DNA of 64,000 nucleotides from Azolla caroliniana (Eukaryota; Plantae; Polypodiophyta): NCBI GenBank assembly GCA_043228905.1, contig JBHGNT010000022.1:7440001-7504000 (forward strand). Direction: 5' to 3'. Both the position numbers and the translations under genes were made by a program. Shown piece after piece: positions 62,754 to 64,000 of this stretch; the first letter of the stretch is position 1; the number at the start of each line of letters is the position of its first letter. The notes beneath the pieces are model-generated. The model saw only the letters and a list, made by a program, of their open reading frames with translations, made no database searches and had not been told where the DNA came from.

Positions 62754-63819
62754 TGTCGTGAAGATCCGTCACTACGCGTGGATCGTGAGGCGGAACCGCC
62801 GGGGTTCTGGACCGGAAGGATTCAAAGTCAGTACAAGCTTTTCGCGCAAGCTATAGCGAGATATTACTTAAGATAGATTGGGAAAGAGAGAAGTTGAGAT
62901 TCAACGATTGAGAGAGATTGATTGAACTTTTATCTTTAGATTTAAGAAACAAGTTACACGATCAGTTTGATAACGAATTTCTTCTTCTTAATTTCATAAC
63001 AAAAAAAAACATGTTTTTTCTCCTCCCCCTTCTTTCTTTTATAGATGCTCTCATGCATATGATGCATGTGAGGGTACAAGACATGCATAAAATGCATGCT
63101 TACCATTTGGCGCTCATGTATTACATGTGGTGCATGATAACCATGTCCCTCATTTCAGCTCTCATGTATGAGAATTTACACGTAAAAGTACAATGATAGA
63201 AATATAAATTTAACTAAATGGCATGGCTTAATGGTAAGCCAATTGACTCCTAACTCGGAGGTGCTTGTCCTCCTTGTATATGTATATATGTATATATATT
63301 TATATATTTATTTATCTAGTCACCGGACGCCGGTTCGGCGGATGCCGTCGCCGGTTGCCGCCGCCTCACCACTGGATTGCCGTCGGATGCCGGTGTCTCA
63401 CTGGCGCCGGATCATCGGCTCCATCGCCGGTCCGGTTTTGGTTGGCCAAAACCCTTTACGAGTAGCTAGCCCACCTCCACCCTTAGTTCAAGCTACCTTG
63501 AACTCTTTATGCTCTACACATAGACACAAAGATAATATCTTTTGCTCTACCTTATATATGATGAGAGCCGTATTTGTCGTGCCTATGTGGGATATCTCAC
63601 AATTTTCTCTTTTCCTTTCACAAACTTTATACCCTCATATCTTGACATTTAGTTGTTCGTTTCTCGTGTAATAAAGTGCATTCGAAACCTCCATCATTTT
63701 GTACTTAGATATAAAATTTATTTAAAATGTTATCTTCACAATTATTGTATTATGTGATTCATACCCGATTTTGTACGTTTTATGAGATTTTCACACTATT
63801 GCCGAAAATCTTCACGACA
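62754..63819 (-). repeat. 5' LTR (1066 bp)
   Basis: Perfect 12-bp terminal inverted repeat; its U3 matches 56628-56937. Confidence 0.92.
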
Positions 63820-64000
63820 CCGCGTGTGAAAGGCAGTCTTCCATTCATCTCCCGGTCGGATCCGCACGAGGTTATACTCTCCTCATAGATCGATTTTTGT
63901 AAAAAACTTGGCACCATTAACTCACTCTAAAAGACTTGATATAAGAGGAAGTGCATACCTATTCCGGATGGAGACGAAGTGAGCCATCTTTCTTCTTGAC
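63820..64000 (-). pseudogene. chromovirus reverse transcriptase fragment (host of the 56594-63819 element)
   Basis: Minus strand reads [57 protein letters not shown]. Confidence 0.88.

Larger units (their letters stand above)
56594..63819 (-). mobile_element. near-intact non-chromovirus Ty3/gypsy element with tRNA-Trp PBS (possibly Phygy/Selgy-like); 3' LTR truncated
   Basis: 5' LTR 62754-63819 with 12-bp TIR TGTCGTGAAGAT; 3' LTR remnant ~56628-56937 (5 differences in ~310 bp); PPT GGTGGGGGTGGA; Gag-PR and RT-RH-INT ORFs. Confidence 0.95.

Overview
Eukaryotic, land-plant-type DNA. The repeat repertoire and tRNA primer sites suggest a non-seed plant such as a fern, lycophyte or bryophyte; this is inference only. 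Most of the window is nested retrotransposon debris: Ty1/copia elements (a Tork/Tnt1-like element with both LTRs and TSD at 8821-13961, a GC-rich Ale-like 'family A', a Tork-like 'family B'), Ty3/gypsy elements (chromoviruses and a near-intact non-chromovirus element at ~56594-63819), RTE/RTEX-like LINE fragments, solo LTRs and a probable DNA-transposon relic. One intact host gene lies in the middle: a 9-exon, 409-aa acid/triacylglycerol lipase on the minus strand (28652-32558) with an atypical AYSEG nucleophile motif. Most notable signals: (1) a complete -1 ribosomal frameshift cassette (GGAUUUU + 9-bp stem + possible pseudoknot) between Gag-protease and RT in a tRNA-Trp-primed gypsy element; (2) chromovirus LTRs that carry both an antisense tRNA-like Pol III A/B-box module and heat-shock-element arrays; (3) a copia family with a duplicated PPT and a ~180-aa Pol extension; (4) telomeric and templated filler DNA at deletion junctions; (5) a four-level nesting chain. 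All coordinates were read by eye; no database searches were run.
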